This document shows, in pieces, positions 22,214 through 34,037 of a stretch of DNA of 64,000 nucleotides. Origin of the DNA: Piedraia hortae CBS 480.64 (lineage: Eukaryota); the NCBI GenBank assembly GCA_010093745.1, contig MU005988.1, positions 1-64,000 of the forward strand, in the 5' to 3' direction. The notes under the pieces are model-generated. The model was not told the DNA's origin. It saw only the letters and a list, made by a program, of their open reading frames with translations, and did not search any database. Position 1 is the stretch's first letter. Every line of letters begins with the position of its first letter. The translations under genes and the position numbers were made by a program.

Positions 22214-24071
22214 TCACTCTGGACGCTTCCAAGCAGCTCTCTTTTCCGCCGCCCATGCGCTCCAAGACTGCGCTGCGGGCTTTTCCGCGCCCTTTTCTAA
22301 TCCTGCCTTGGTCTTGTCATTCGCATCCGCTTCACTCCTCTCCTTGTCATCTCCCACGGTATGTACACTACCCTCCTTGGCATCATGAAAGGTATCCTCC
22401 TCATCTCCATCATCCTTATCCCCCTCCTCCTTTTCCATCCCTTTTTCTTTCTCCTCACCTCTCACCGCAGCCTCAGCAGCCGCAGGCGCCGTCCAAACTT
22501 TATTCAGCACGGAAGTGAACCCTCCTACAATCTTCTGACCCACAACCTCACGAGAAGGCATCTGTTCATACCCCGCCGAAAGGCCCGCCTGACCCCTTGT
22601 TGCCAACGCAGAGCTTCTCCCCGCCAAATTAGCCGCCAGACCATTCCACCACCCCAACCCACCCGGGTGTCTTGGCTCGATGATATCAAACAATCCCGCA
22701 CCTTTTGTAAGTCTATCCCACAACGCATGGTTTCTTGTCTCTCTCCAACCATCCAAATAGTTTGGATTAAACTCGATGGACGGATCACCCGAAATCTCAG
22801 CTACGTTTTCCCCCTGGCTAGCGAGATGAAGATGGTACCTCTCCGCTGACACCAGGGCTAGGATATATTCCTCGAAACTGGCCCGGATGAAATCGTCGTT
22901 TCCAACGTAGCCGTGCTCGATGGTTGTGTTTTCGACTTGGGATGTAAGACTTTCGATCCAGCGACGGTCGGGGGACGAGAGGCTTAGGGCAGCGCGGAGG
23001 GTGGGTTTTAAGATTGAGATGCTTCGCGCGTCGAGGTCGATTAGGATGTCGCAGTATCGTTCCTTCTGGGAGAGGATTATGGAGCTGGTACTGCCGATTA
23101 TGTAGCTGGTTAGTCTGATGGGGTTGGGCAGTTGGTCTTCTTTGGGGGTTTCGGCTAGAGAGTCGAGGATTTGCAATGGGGCATAAGGTGCAAACATGGC
23201 GCCTTTGCCGAAGATTTGGAGTGGTAGGCCCATGTAGGCGAGGAGAGAGCCGCGGTCGCTTGACCTTACAGAGTCAGCTGGTCGTGCGTTCTCTGCGTAG
23301 AAGTCCATTTCTGGGGATGCACAGTCTGCTAGACACTGGCCTAGCCCGGGGAGAAGGGAGAGGAATGAGAATTGGGCTTGGCAGACTCGTTCGCTACTGG
23401 TGCTGAAGAATAGAGTCTGCAGAGGATGTCAGTGGGAAAATTTACAGGGTTCAAGGAACACCGACCCTTCGCTGTAGTAGCATTGCTTTGACAGCAATCA
23501 GCATATTTGCCCTCAATGACTTGACTAGTTCTCTCAGGTCACACCCCTCAGCCAGATCCTCTACGCTGGGTTTGCTCTCGTATGCCAGAACAAGGCTCTT
23601 CCAAAATCTCTCAAGAACGTCGACATCACGGAAATCGCCCTGCGCAAACCAGGTCCTTGTCACGACACGAAGCGACTCCCGCAAGTTGCTCGTCAAGTCC
23701 TGGGGCCTATCGGTGAGGCAGACGACAGCTTTCTGCACGGCGGAGCGTGTAACATGGTCAGCCTTCCACGACAGATGCTGCACATCAATTTGGCGGCAGC
23801 AGCTTATCCCGAATACCGTCCTCGGCCGCTCGGGATCCGGCATGGCGAGAGTAAAGTAGGAAAACTCTTCAACATTCTGGTGCGCTCCATCCGGGAGAGC
23901 CATATATGGTATTATATTCGTCCACTGCGCATCTCTGAACGCAGGCGGGATGTGTCTTCCATGCTCATCGTCGCTGTCGTTGCCACCGTCGTGGGAAAGC
24001 CACGTCTCAATCTCCGGTCCCCGCGAGTGGTGGAAGTCGACAACGCAGACCTGCGGCTTAAAGCGGGACAT
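22214..24071 (-). CDS. AVL9: Late secretory pathway protein Avl9 (DENN-like); intron near 23465-23418
   Basis: VCVVDFHHSRGPEIE, PYMALPDGAH..EEFSYFTL, VFGISCCRQI, VTRSAVQKAVV, TWFAQGDF, GLPLQIFGKG..FAPYAPLQ, LSLSSPDRRWI, DFIRASFEEY. Confidence 0.92.
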
Positions 24072-24860
24072 GGTTCTGATCCGTTCATGGCCGGGATGGG
24101 AGGCCGCAATGGTAAATTGGGCGCATTGCTCTTTCAAGATGTGGTCGTCTTGAGCGGTTCGGGCCGAGGACCGGTTAACCGGAACCGTTGAACAACTGCG
24201 CCGCTTTTGCATGGACGATGGGAGGACATTTGTGCGCTCTTGGCGTTAAAACTCTGTTTCAGAGTCGCCTGGGTTGCGCCAAAACTTCGACAATTGTGAA
24301 AGCTTGGACAATCCGCGAAAGTTTGCTTCCAGATCTCTACAGGAATCTTCGGGTGGGATTTCTGGCTTTGGTTTTGCGTCGTCCATCCAGAGATCAAGTA
24401 AGTCGAGCTTATCGAAGACCTATTCATTCCTATGCGCGAATTTTCTGTTTACTTTTTGGGTATGCGGTCAGGCGAGTGGCCAAGAGCCTTTCAGATGACT
24501 GGGATGAGTTATAGCCCCCGGCCTACATATTAGACGACGGGATGGCACAACACGTTGATGCTGTGGTTCACGCGTTCTCAATGCCCTCTTAGCATAATGG
24601 CTGTCTAATGAGCCACTCGTGATTCTTCTTTCGATAGTGCGGCACATTTCTCATGATTTGGCAATCTCTTGATGGCCCTCCAAATGGTAGCGCTGATTGA
24701 ATACTCGTATAGATTTCAATCATTTAGACGGAGACTTTTGATTCTGGTGGAGTCACAAACGTTGTCCTGAGTATTTGCCTAATCAGGCAAACCCTCTCGT
24801 TTCCCACGCACTTTACCCTGTCACTTCCACTGGTCTCTGATTCCGTCAAGAATACTCAAG

Positions 24861-26045
24861 ATGCCTCCTCGCTGTAGAGCAAGAGCTGGTGGAAGAATCA
24901 GTTCCCCCACTGCCCCAACAATACCAGCCAGAACCTTCCAAACCTCAACCATACCAGCGCCGGCGTGACTTGGACTAGTTTTTCGAACACAGAGTCTGGG
25001 TCTTAGGCGCCACAGGAGCAGCGACAGTGACCTAGATCATCGCCGTCTCATTGATTCGCTCAGCCAACAAAGGAACCCAATGGCGCAAACGATGGCCGGT
25101 TGTCTCCAATACTCCGCCGATTATAATCGCAGAAAGCGAAACTTTCGGTGTTGCCTGCTTCTAAGAAGTTGAAGGTATCAGGATTCTCAAAACCTCGACA
25201 TCTAAAAGCAATTCAAGCCGTGCAGAAGTTCCTAGATCGTGAAGAGTTATCCTCGGGCTCCGATTCCAATCTCCCCCCTCTTTCGGATAACGAAGAGAGC
25301 TTAGATGAAGAAGATGTGAACGAGCACACCTGCAAGCGAAAGACATCAATCGGATGTGGTTCATGGGCTGGGTGAAAAGATGGTGGCAGAGTCTAACAGC
25401 GTTGCGGAAATTACCCTGTTGGTGACGGATACTCAGCAGAGTGTTGCGCGGATTCAAGCGACGGAGAAGAAGCTAGACGATGAGCTGGGCAAGTTCAAGA
25501 GTATGCGCGGGCAATAGACATGGGTGCGATTGGCTAGACAGCTGGAAAAAGGTGGGTAGACTGGCTTGGCGGATCGCTATTCTGTTTGAAAAAGGACTGC
25601 ATCAGGTATTACCTCCTACGGATAGCTCAAGTGTAATGAAAGCAATCGGTGGACTTCTACCACGTACCGTAAAACCTCACGAAAGAAATCTGCAACCGCG
25701 TAATCATGTCCCAAACTTAACACCGAAGTTGATGGCAAGCTAGCCACAGTATACGCAATGCGGAACTTCTTCCCCATCACTTTCCCTCTCTTCTCCCGCA
25801 GGCTCATTGGGCTAGAGCAGACCATATCGATGGCCATCACTTGCCTTACTCGCGCTCAATTGTGGCGCCACATCCGCACATGCGCAGCTGGTTTCAGAAA
25901 TGGATATTTGGGGTGGCGAGCGTTTGGGTTCGAGGCGTCGAGCCAAATGTGCGGTGGGGCACCGTTGAACTTTCCGCTCGGTCCGCCCATTGGGAAGCGC
26001 ACGAAGGAGTCAAAGATATACAAATTTCCCTCTTGTGTGTCATGA
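24861..26045 (+). pseudogene. Possible decayed gene of unknown family
   Basis: MPPRCRAR start, broken frames with an acidic patch (SDNEESLDEEDV), and a segment weakly resembling the C-terminal domain of the 39659-41677 protein. Confidence 0.25.
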
Positions 26046-27222
26046 TCATGGGCCACGGTTTGTGATCCATTTTGGTTTCAGATTGGCGCAATTTGCCGAG
26101 AGAGGTGTCAATGATTTTTTGCATTTCAATCCTGACTTCTGCTCACGAAAATTTTCGGGCATGGCCTCTGATTTACTTGAAGTGGAACATAGCGTCCTTG
26201 CGGATTTGTTGTGGTCAACGCATTGATGACACTGAAGGTGATGCTAGTTTGGCTGTCTGAATTCAGTGTCTGCTATTCGTTGGTGGAGTTGTCTGATCTA
26301 ACCATGCGGTTGGATGGATTTCATGCTTGGCGCTCACGCAAGCTATTGCCATGTCACGTCATATTGAACGGTGCCATCGAGACTGAATGGCTCTGTTGTG
26401 TCGTTACTGAGGAATGTACTGCTGTGGACCATGCTGCAGCTACCCCTCGAAAAAGCAACGAAGGCTTCATTGTCGCTTCACCCTTGCACCACGATTCCTC
26501 TAAATGGCCCAGTAGCCTTGTTCATCCAAATAATTGCTGAGAAGAGTCTCTGTTCTCTCCATGACATGTCCACTGGATGCTGACTCAGTCTAATGCTAAG
26601 TGATCTCATTCGGAACCTCGCGAACATATGAGCGGAGACGAGATATTATGGTCCTCGGGCGACCGATTCATCTGGGTCAATAGAATTTATGAACTTGAGC
26701 CACAATCCCTGCCACACCACGCACAGATCATTCCTGCGCCTTCCACATGCCCTAAGAGAACGTGCCGCCAATCGAACTACCGGAATCAGTGGACGGACTT
26801 TTGAATCCTATATGATTGTAATTGGACCTTGTGAGATCGTCTAGAAGAATGCTGCCATTTATTACCGCGGTTGCTACAGGAAAGGCATCCAGTCGGTGGC
26901 AGTGTACATCAAGGCAGCGTGGCATTGCTCGGGGGGTTTCCGCGCATGCAAGAGTGAATCAGCATCCGTATTGAAAGGTTTACTTAAATCAAATATTGAC
27001 GTCAATAATTAGTTCGGAAGACAAGATTGGCTGATTCAAAGGTTTTATTGATTTTTAATCTTTTGCAGGACCCCGGAAAAACTGTCCAGACACCGTAGCG
27101 TGTCAGTACATTTCAGCGTGGGAGTCAGTCCGTGAGTCATCGCCCGGTGACTACACAGCCTCCAGGTGCGCTTAAAGCAAGTGTGCCCTTCATACTGAAT
27201 CGTTGGCGATTCGACCCACGAC

Positions 27223-27918
27223 ATGGAGACTCCAAATGATAACCTCTACGCTGTCCCAGACTCTTCCAGTAGTAAGGTACTCGATCCACTTGACTCACTC
27301 GCATCTAATGAACGGCTAGCTATGGAGGGTTTGGAACCATTCTGGCCAACTCCATTATCCGACATCAATCATCCTTTCGGTGAAGATTTGATGTCTTTTC
27401 CGAACAGTATAGTTATCGCACCACTTTAACGTTCCCTCGCGGAACTAACAAGGCTTGTAGTGCTGCCAAATGCAAGTGGAAGCGGTGTTGCTCTGCCGTC
27501 CCTTGTCCAACCCCAGCCGAACGCAAACGACGTACCCATAATCCTGGGGGGGGATTCTGTAGATAACGAGATTGCGAATACGGATAGCCTCCGACCCAGA
27601 CGCAATTCCAGCGTCAGAGCTGTACCTGGTAACGCAAAAAAGGAACGAAACCGTGATGCTCAGGCTAGGCGTCGGCGTAAAATCAAGGAACAATTGGACC
27701 AGGCTATGCAAGCCGAGGCAGATTTAAAGCTTAGCGACAAGAATGTGAAGCACTTGCAACTTGCCCTCAACATCTGCCTCGCGAGCATGATTCGGCAGTC
27801 TGAGGGCCTGCGTAAAGGGGTCGCGCTGGACTTAAGTACGGAAATTCATATGGCTCGCACTGCTTTGGAGGTAACGGGGGCAGACGTGTCGAATTTGGCG
27901 GTACCCGAGGATATTTAG
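27223..27918 (+). CDS. bZIP-like protein A (exons 27223-27406 and 27461-27918)
   Basis: Basic region KKERNRDAQARRRRK (N-x7-R) followed by heptad-like hydrophobic residues. A 54-nt GTATAG..CTAAC..TAG intron joins the two ORFs in frame. Confidence 0.75.
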
Positions 27919-29788
27919 GAGTAGATTTCTGCGAAAATATGAGAGAGAACATGACGCGGCGTTGATATTAGGCTCAATTTCTCGCATCAGTGTCATTGAG
28001 GGACGATTTTCATTCTTGTCGAGGGTCGGCGTACCATGATGAATAGCTACCCTTCCTTGTCACAATATCCTCCAGAATCTGGGAAAGAGGGATCCAGCTC
28101 CTTGGAGGTAGTTACACCCTCCCTTCTGTCCCTAACGATTTGAGCGTCTCATGGACCATCCAACACTCGATGCGCCGGGTCTCGCTCCATTATACGTTGC
28201 CACGACAATGAGGCAAGGCTGATACGTTCCCCGCAGCTTACTTGCGGGGCTCAGCCCGCGTGTTGAGTCACTGGACAGTAAGCCCTGCATATACCGAACT
28301 TACTAGAGACGAAGGGTTCACCGCTAGCATGCCTGTTTGCGTCTAACTCCGCGCTCCGACCAATCATACAGAGCTACCATCTTCCCATTAACCTTGCATG
28401 GGTATTGTGTGGTAAAGAGGGAGAACCAATGAGAGCCTCCCGAATGAGAGCCCGCGGTGGGGCAAAATCAACGCCCTTTAGCGCTCTCGCGCGACAACAA
28501 TCTGCATTTAATATGCAACAACTCCACCGATATCGCAGTCACATGCTGAAAACAAACCTCAGTAGATTGGACAGCAGCTGCAGATTCTGGTGTGTCCTCT
28601 TTTGCGTTGTGCCGTTTGATTCAAGTAAACGAGGTTTGGTGAGAACCCTTGAACATGCTCAGAGCATGCCGATTTCGTGCTGCAAGAAGATCAAGATTCT
28701 TCATGCGGAGCCACTGCGGACAGAGACGGTATTGTTCAGCGAAGAAAAAGCAGCCCTGACTTGAAAATTGATTCAATTGCTCCGGATTCCTAGACCTCTC
28801 CCTAATCGAGGATGCCTGGGAACATTTGAAGCCGCCGATGAGGGAATAAGTGCATGGGATCAGATCTCTGGGCGAAGAAGTGGTGACCACTAGGTCTTTT
28901 GTAGAACTCAATCAACATATACCGCTCTGCGATGCCAACACGTTTCTCGGCCATCATTGATGCTGACAGAAGCATCAAAAAGTATTAACATTCCGAACCA
29001 TGACCAAAATGTTCTATCTCTGTAGCACTGCATATACGCAGAGTTGAGCATCGTAGACCAAGTTTTGGTGGTATGAGTCGTGAGAATGTGTTGTTTTGCC
29101 GCTAAGAAGGGACGCTAATTTTGTCTAGCGCGTGGAAAGTCCGGTCTGGTTGGCTGCAGCGCGGGACTAAACTTGGCAGGTATTAGATATTAGAGAGAAA
29201 CTCTTGAAGTGTTTGTGCAGGTCACCGTGGAGCGATCCGCAGGTGATGACCCACATGCCTGACCAGGGTTCGGGCACTTGAGAATTTTCTTGTGTAGCAC
29301 TAGACACGCGTATATACGGACACACTTGCGAGGTGCCGCTGCTTATTAGAACACGAAGTGTTATTGTGGCTCTGTCCATTGGCATAGTGGCGCAATGCGC
29401 AAACTGTAGTACAGAGGTTATTGCGTGGAATTGATGACTTGCCATCTTTTATCCAGCCTTCAATCTGTCATATGTTGGATACAGAGGAGAAAAAAGGATC
29501 GCCAGGCTCCTCGCGCAGCGCTGCTCATGCAGGGAAATGCAGTTTAAGCACGGACACTGTCACCAGCCGATTATAAGGAAATTCCGGCCCTGCATCTCAG
29601 ATGCACCAAACGAATCGTGTATTTTTTGCTCGAAATGTGTCAAATTAGAGCGATGATAGGGAAATCCATCGAACACTCAGGAGTTCTCATATATAAAACT
29701 GCCCACCTTCCACATATCCCCCATACTTCATAACTCCACAGTGATCCAAAACTATTCAATAGTACTCGAACTGTGTTCATTTACTGCC

Positions 29789-30160
29789 ATGCCTTTCGAT
29801 TCTGGCAATGCCACGCCCAACCGTGGTCCCCCTGGTGACAACCCCAATACTCGCACTGGCAGTGGACGCACCCCCATGTCCACACAGGAGAGAAGGGAAA
29901 GAAACACTCGAGCTCAAGCTCGTCGCCGTCAGAGGCAGAGAGATCAAATGCAACAGCTTAAGAGGGACGTTTACGACTTGCAAATTGCTCTCCGAGACTG
30001 TCTTCTGCGGATGTTCCATCTCAACATATGGGGCTCTCATGAGATTGATGAAGGACTACAAGCGTTGGCAACAACGGGCGCAGATATGGCCCAACTCTGG
30101 AATTTCATGCTTGGGGAGGAACTACATGTGCTTGACCCATCTGGACAAGAAGATTTCTGA
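29789..30160 (+). CDS. bZIP-like protein B (123 aa), paralog of 27223-27918
   Basis: RRERNTRAQARRRQR followed by M..L...V..LQ..L. TATAAAA lies about 95 nt upstream. Confidence 0.75.
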   Translation: MPFDSGNATPNRGPPGDNPNTRTGSGRTPMSTQERRERNTRAQARRRQRQRDQMQQLKRDVYDLQIALRDCLLRMFHLNIWGSHEIDEGLQALATTGADMAQLWNFMLGEELHVLDPSGQEDF

Positions 30161-30658
30161 GTTGTTCGTGAGCTTGTGAATGTTCCCACCAGTTTGGGAC
30201 CTATGCCAAGTCTGAGATTGCTTAACAATTTATGAGGAATGAATATAACTGTTTTGCGCCATTTTCAAACTCATTTTCATTGTCTTTCGGTGGCGCTAGG
30301 GTCCTTTCCCAATGTCAGATGCAGCTTCGCCCCACGTGAGGGAAACGATGACGTGCTGTTGTGGCACGCCCCCGCACGTATGTGGCTAATGAGCGAGGTG
30401 AGCCACACCCGCCCCGCATGGGAGGGGCTTGTGGATATCTGCATCAGCCCCGCGTCTTCCCAGCAACCAATATTTAAATCCCTGATCCCCGAAATTTCTA
30501 GCAGACGTTGAAATACTGCATGAGGGTGGCAGGCCGTGTGTTCCTCTTGATTGCCATCCAGAACCTCGGAGCTTTACGCCCAAATCACATGAAAACCAAC
30601 GTCACCCCACAGCGGGTCTCATGCGAGATGATGAATCCGATTCCCCTCATCCAACACA

Positions 30659-31135
30659 ATGGACGCGTTGAACGAGGCGGCAGCTGACAGCATTCAGGAG
30701 GCTCCCCCCAAGGCGGCCAACGATGGAACACGTATCGTACAGCTAGATCCCTGGCTGGAGTCCCACAATGACGCTCTTAGACGTCGATTCGGTCAGGCCC
30801 AGCAGTGGATCAAGATAATTAACTAGACGGAGAACGGACTGGACAAGTCCTCCCTCGGATATGAGAAATTCGGGTTCCAGGTAGCCAAAGATAACTTCAC
30901 TACGTACCGCAAATGGGCTCCCAATGCCATGCGGGCCTATCCTATAGGTGACTTTAACAACTGGCACAAGGACAGTCATGAAATTAAGAAGAACCCCTAT
31001 GGTGTGTTTGAGATTACCCAGCAGCCTGTCAATAGGAAACCCGCTATAGGCCATGATAGCAAGGTCAAGGTCAGCATGGTGGTTCCCAGCGACCATGCAC
31101 AACAGCAACAACAGAACACTGGTCTTGATAGCTAA
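30659..31135 (+). pseudogene. GLC3: 5' fragment of 1,4-alpha-glucan (glycogen) branching enzyme
   Basis: NDGTRIVQLDPWLE..DALRRRF..WIKIIN*TENGLDK..GYEKFG..YRKWAPNA..IGDFNNW..KKNPYGVFEI..HDSKVKVSM. In-frame TAG at 30824-30826, and the catalytic domain is absent. Confidence 0.9.
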
Positions 31136-31875
31136 ATTAACGCTAAGCCCAGCGAATCTTAACGCCCGGGACGAAAGTTTGGTGGTACGAACGCCTGGCT
31201 GGCCCAAGTTCAGGATAGCTTCCAAAGACAGCAGATGATTCAAGTGACATACATCAGTCGCACATAGTGTCAATTTGGTTAAAGTACCCTGGACCCAGCG
31301 TCCCGGTTGGCTCGGCGTGGGAAGATAGGAGGGGCCCTATTAGCCTGCTTTGCTTGGCTCAATGATCGCCCAAGTATGCGTAAACGCATTGATCTTGTGT
31401 GCGAGCCTCTACGTTACCACAGGCGAGAAGACCAGAAAACAGAAACACCCACGGCCTCGATCCGCTCTTGTCAATTTACCATAATTTGGCCATGAAATCG
31501 GCAAGAAATCCCGCCCGGTGCGCTTTATCGAACTCACCGAGCCCCCTAATTCGGTGACCTAGGTCCCGCAGACAGCCTTATTCTTTGAGCATTAAAAAAA
31601 TTCGTCGTGGTGCACGAGATTAAACTTCGGGAGGCGCCCGCTGTAAAGTCGTGACAAAACCGCATTGCTCCGGGATGAACAAGGCGTCCTGGCCTTGGAT
31701 TAGATTCCAGATCTGGTGGCGGAATATGCTGGTACTTGGAAGGTGTTTATAGTTGCTCGGATACCGATCTATCATGCTTCCAGTTATGTAATGAACTTCC
31801 CTACACTAACTGCTCGAGATACAAAGATACAAAATGGACCAGGAACAGGACCAGAGGCATACATGAATTGGTCTC

Positions 31876-32676
31876 TTGGCCCATGTGGTCTTTCACGTGG
31901 TACGCAGAATCCAATGGTTCAGCGATGGAGCCAAAACGAGCGACCAGGGTACCCGATTCGACCGACCCGTTGCACGACGCCCGAGCCCTGTCGTATTCGC
32001 CCATCTCCTCGGTAGGCTGGGAATATTAAGCCAAACCTATGGAGGACAATACTTATATCATGCAATCCTCTCATTCCTCCTCGCCTTTGCTCCACTCAAC
32101 GTCTTTTGGAGGTCATTTGCAACCGACCACAGCGGGATCAACGTTTATATAATATCTTCCAATCTCAACCACCCTGACATTGCTGATCTAATCAATACTG
32201 GCAACCCGAATATAACGTCTTCCAGGCCTACTTGTCCTCAAATTGCTGATAAGCTCAACACTGGCAGCGAGAACTCAGGATCTTCGGATACCCCTTGCCC
32301 TGCCATCGTTAATTATCTCAATACTGGACACCCGAACGCAATGTCGGCCAACACCACCACTCCCAACGCTGGTCCCGTCCACGTTAGCGCCCCCGACGTG
32401 GTCGCCAACCTGAGGCCTCTTGCTGTATACCCTCGCCGACAAATGTTGAGGGCTAAAATGGAACGTCTGGAGAAAAAGCTGGTTGTCTCGCAGTTTGCAT
32501 ATTGTGTCTGGTTTATTCACGCGCTTTACCCGCAAACGATGGAAGCTAGGGAGCTTATAACGGTGATGCACGTTTTAATTGCTATGGATGCGAATTGGGA
32601 ACTCTTTTGGCAGTCTTTCCATGGGCAGGAGCCGGATTCCGACGGTTTCGATGGGTACAGGTCTTTTGGGGCATAG
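31876..32676 (+). CDS. Hypothetical protein (266 aa) with a hydrophobic segment and three 21-aa repeats
   Basis: Long ORF whose internal repeats keep the reading frame (P-x-I-x-x-x-[LI]-N-T-G). Start codon uncertain. Confidence 0.5.
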   Translation: MAHVVFHVVRRIQWFSDGAKTSDQGTRFDRPVARRPSPVVFAHLLGRLGILSQTYGGQYLYHAILSFLLAFAPLNVFWRSFATDHSGINVYIISSNLNHPDIADLINTGNPNITSSRPTCPQIADKLNTGSENSGSSDTPCPAIVNYLNTGHPNAMSANTTTPNAGPVHVSAPDVVANLRPLAVYPRRQMLRAKMERLEKKLVVSQFAYCVWFIHALYPQTMEARELITVMHVLIAMDANWELFWQSFHGQEPDSDGFDGYRSFGA

Positions 32677-34037
32677 TAACGCTATGGACATGGTCGAACT
32701 TCAGCTGTGAGGAAGCGAGCATCGTTGGAGTTGAAGTTTAATTTTCGATGCTGAGGTTCAAATATTAGCGTCAAGCTTATTATTGCGTGATTTCAATACT
32801 TTGTTCTTCAAAGATACCAATATCCCTCATTGAATGGTGCTGTGAGCTCGAGATAAGTCTGGCTTGCTAAGCTCAAAGCGAAAGTGTTAGCTGGCCGGGC
32901 AGAAACGACGGAGCTTCAATTATATCCAGCTGTCAAGGGAAATAGCTTGCGCCAGAACGTGATGTTTCCCAGTCAGCAGGATTCGAGAAGAGTGACATTG
33001 TTCCTTCTGACCCAAATTGAACGGAAAGTAGACGACAGAAGAAGACTTGTTTGCATGAGCGGGGGCAGCCTGATGCCTGATTTGCCTCATGAATCATCAG
33101 GCAAATGAGGCGTAGAGTCGGCATCGAGAAATTGACTTGCAGATATGAGCTAGGCGACAGACAAATGGGAGGGCGTGTGGGCGATTGCTGACACACCTGC
33201 CGCCTCAATCTGCAGACAAATAGTGGGAAGGTCCACCATTGCCACCGAACAATCACCAGGAGTAAGCCGTGGTGTGCAAATGCGAGCAAGCCACCATAAT
33301 GGAAAATCAGCACTGCGCTGCCGCTGCTGTACGCACGGCCCAATCCACTGTCGTTGAGCACTCGTCGACAAAAATGTCATAGTAGCGCCTTCTGGGCACG
33401 ATGATGGTGCACGGGGCTTCAGCACGGTTTTTCTACAAGAACGGCCAGACTATATGGGAAGCAGATGGACTTCTAAAATTAAAGGACATGCCAGAACGGG
33501 ACGAGTTCCATGTCACGAGAGGCTTCGTGTGTGCCATTCAGAAGAATCACCCCCCACATGCCGCCTCGTCGATCAATTGAGTACCTACTACGTAGTTCCC
33601 AACGCTGTGTAACCGAGCCGCGGATGTACCCCCGCCGTCTAGCGCCCAAAGGGATCTTGAAGATGGACGTAAAATGCGACAGAATAAAACGACTCCTGGC
33701 GCTGTATCAACGTCCTGTCGAAGCCCATCAAATGAAGATTGATGCCATCACTTGGTCAACATCAACCAACACATCCACCCGTCCTATCAAAACCTGTTCT
33801 CTGTCTTTCTTAAAGCTCCCGCTGAAGACTAGCAAGAGAATAGATATACAGCTATTATAAAGTGACAAGGTTCAATCATACTGTTGGCAGGAATAGGGAT
33901 TTCTAAAGTTCATAGGGTATCTTCTCATTGTACACAATAAAGATCTGTTCAAACTCACAACGCTGCGACTTGGTGCGTTATGCCTCGTACCCCTAGTATA
34001 GAACAGTTGTATTAGGTTATGCGCCATCCTTAAACAT

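Noticed and set aside
13838..24071. Chitin synthase, G-alpha, HOG1 and AVL9 as a functional signalling cluster
   Set aside because: Adjacent housekeeping genes in a compact genome; the sequence alone does not show functional clustering.
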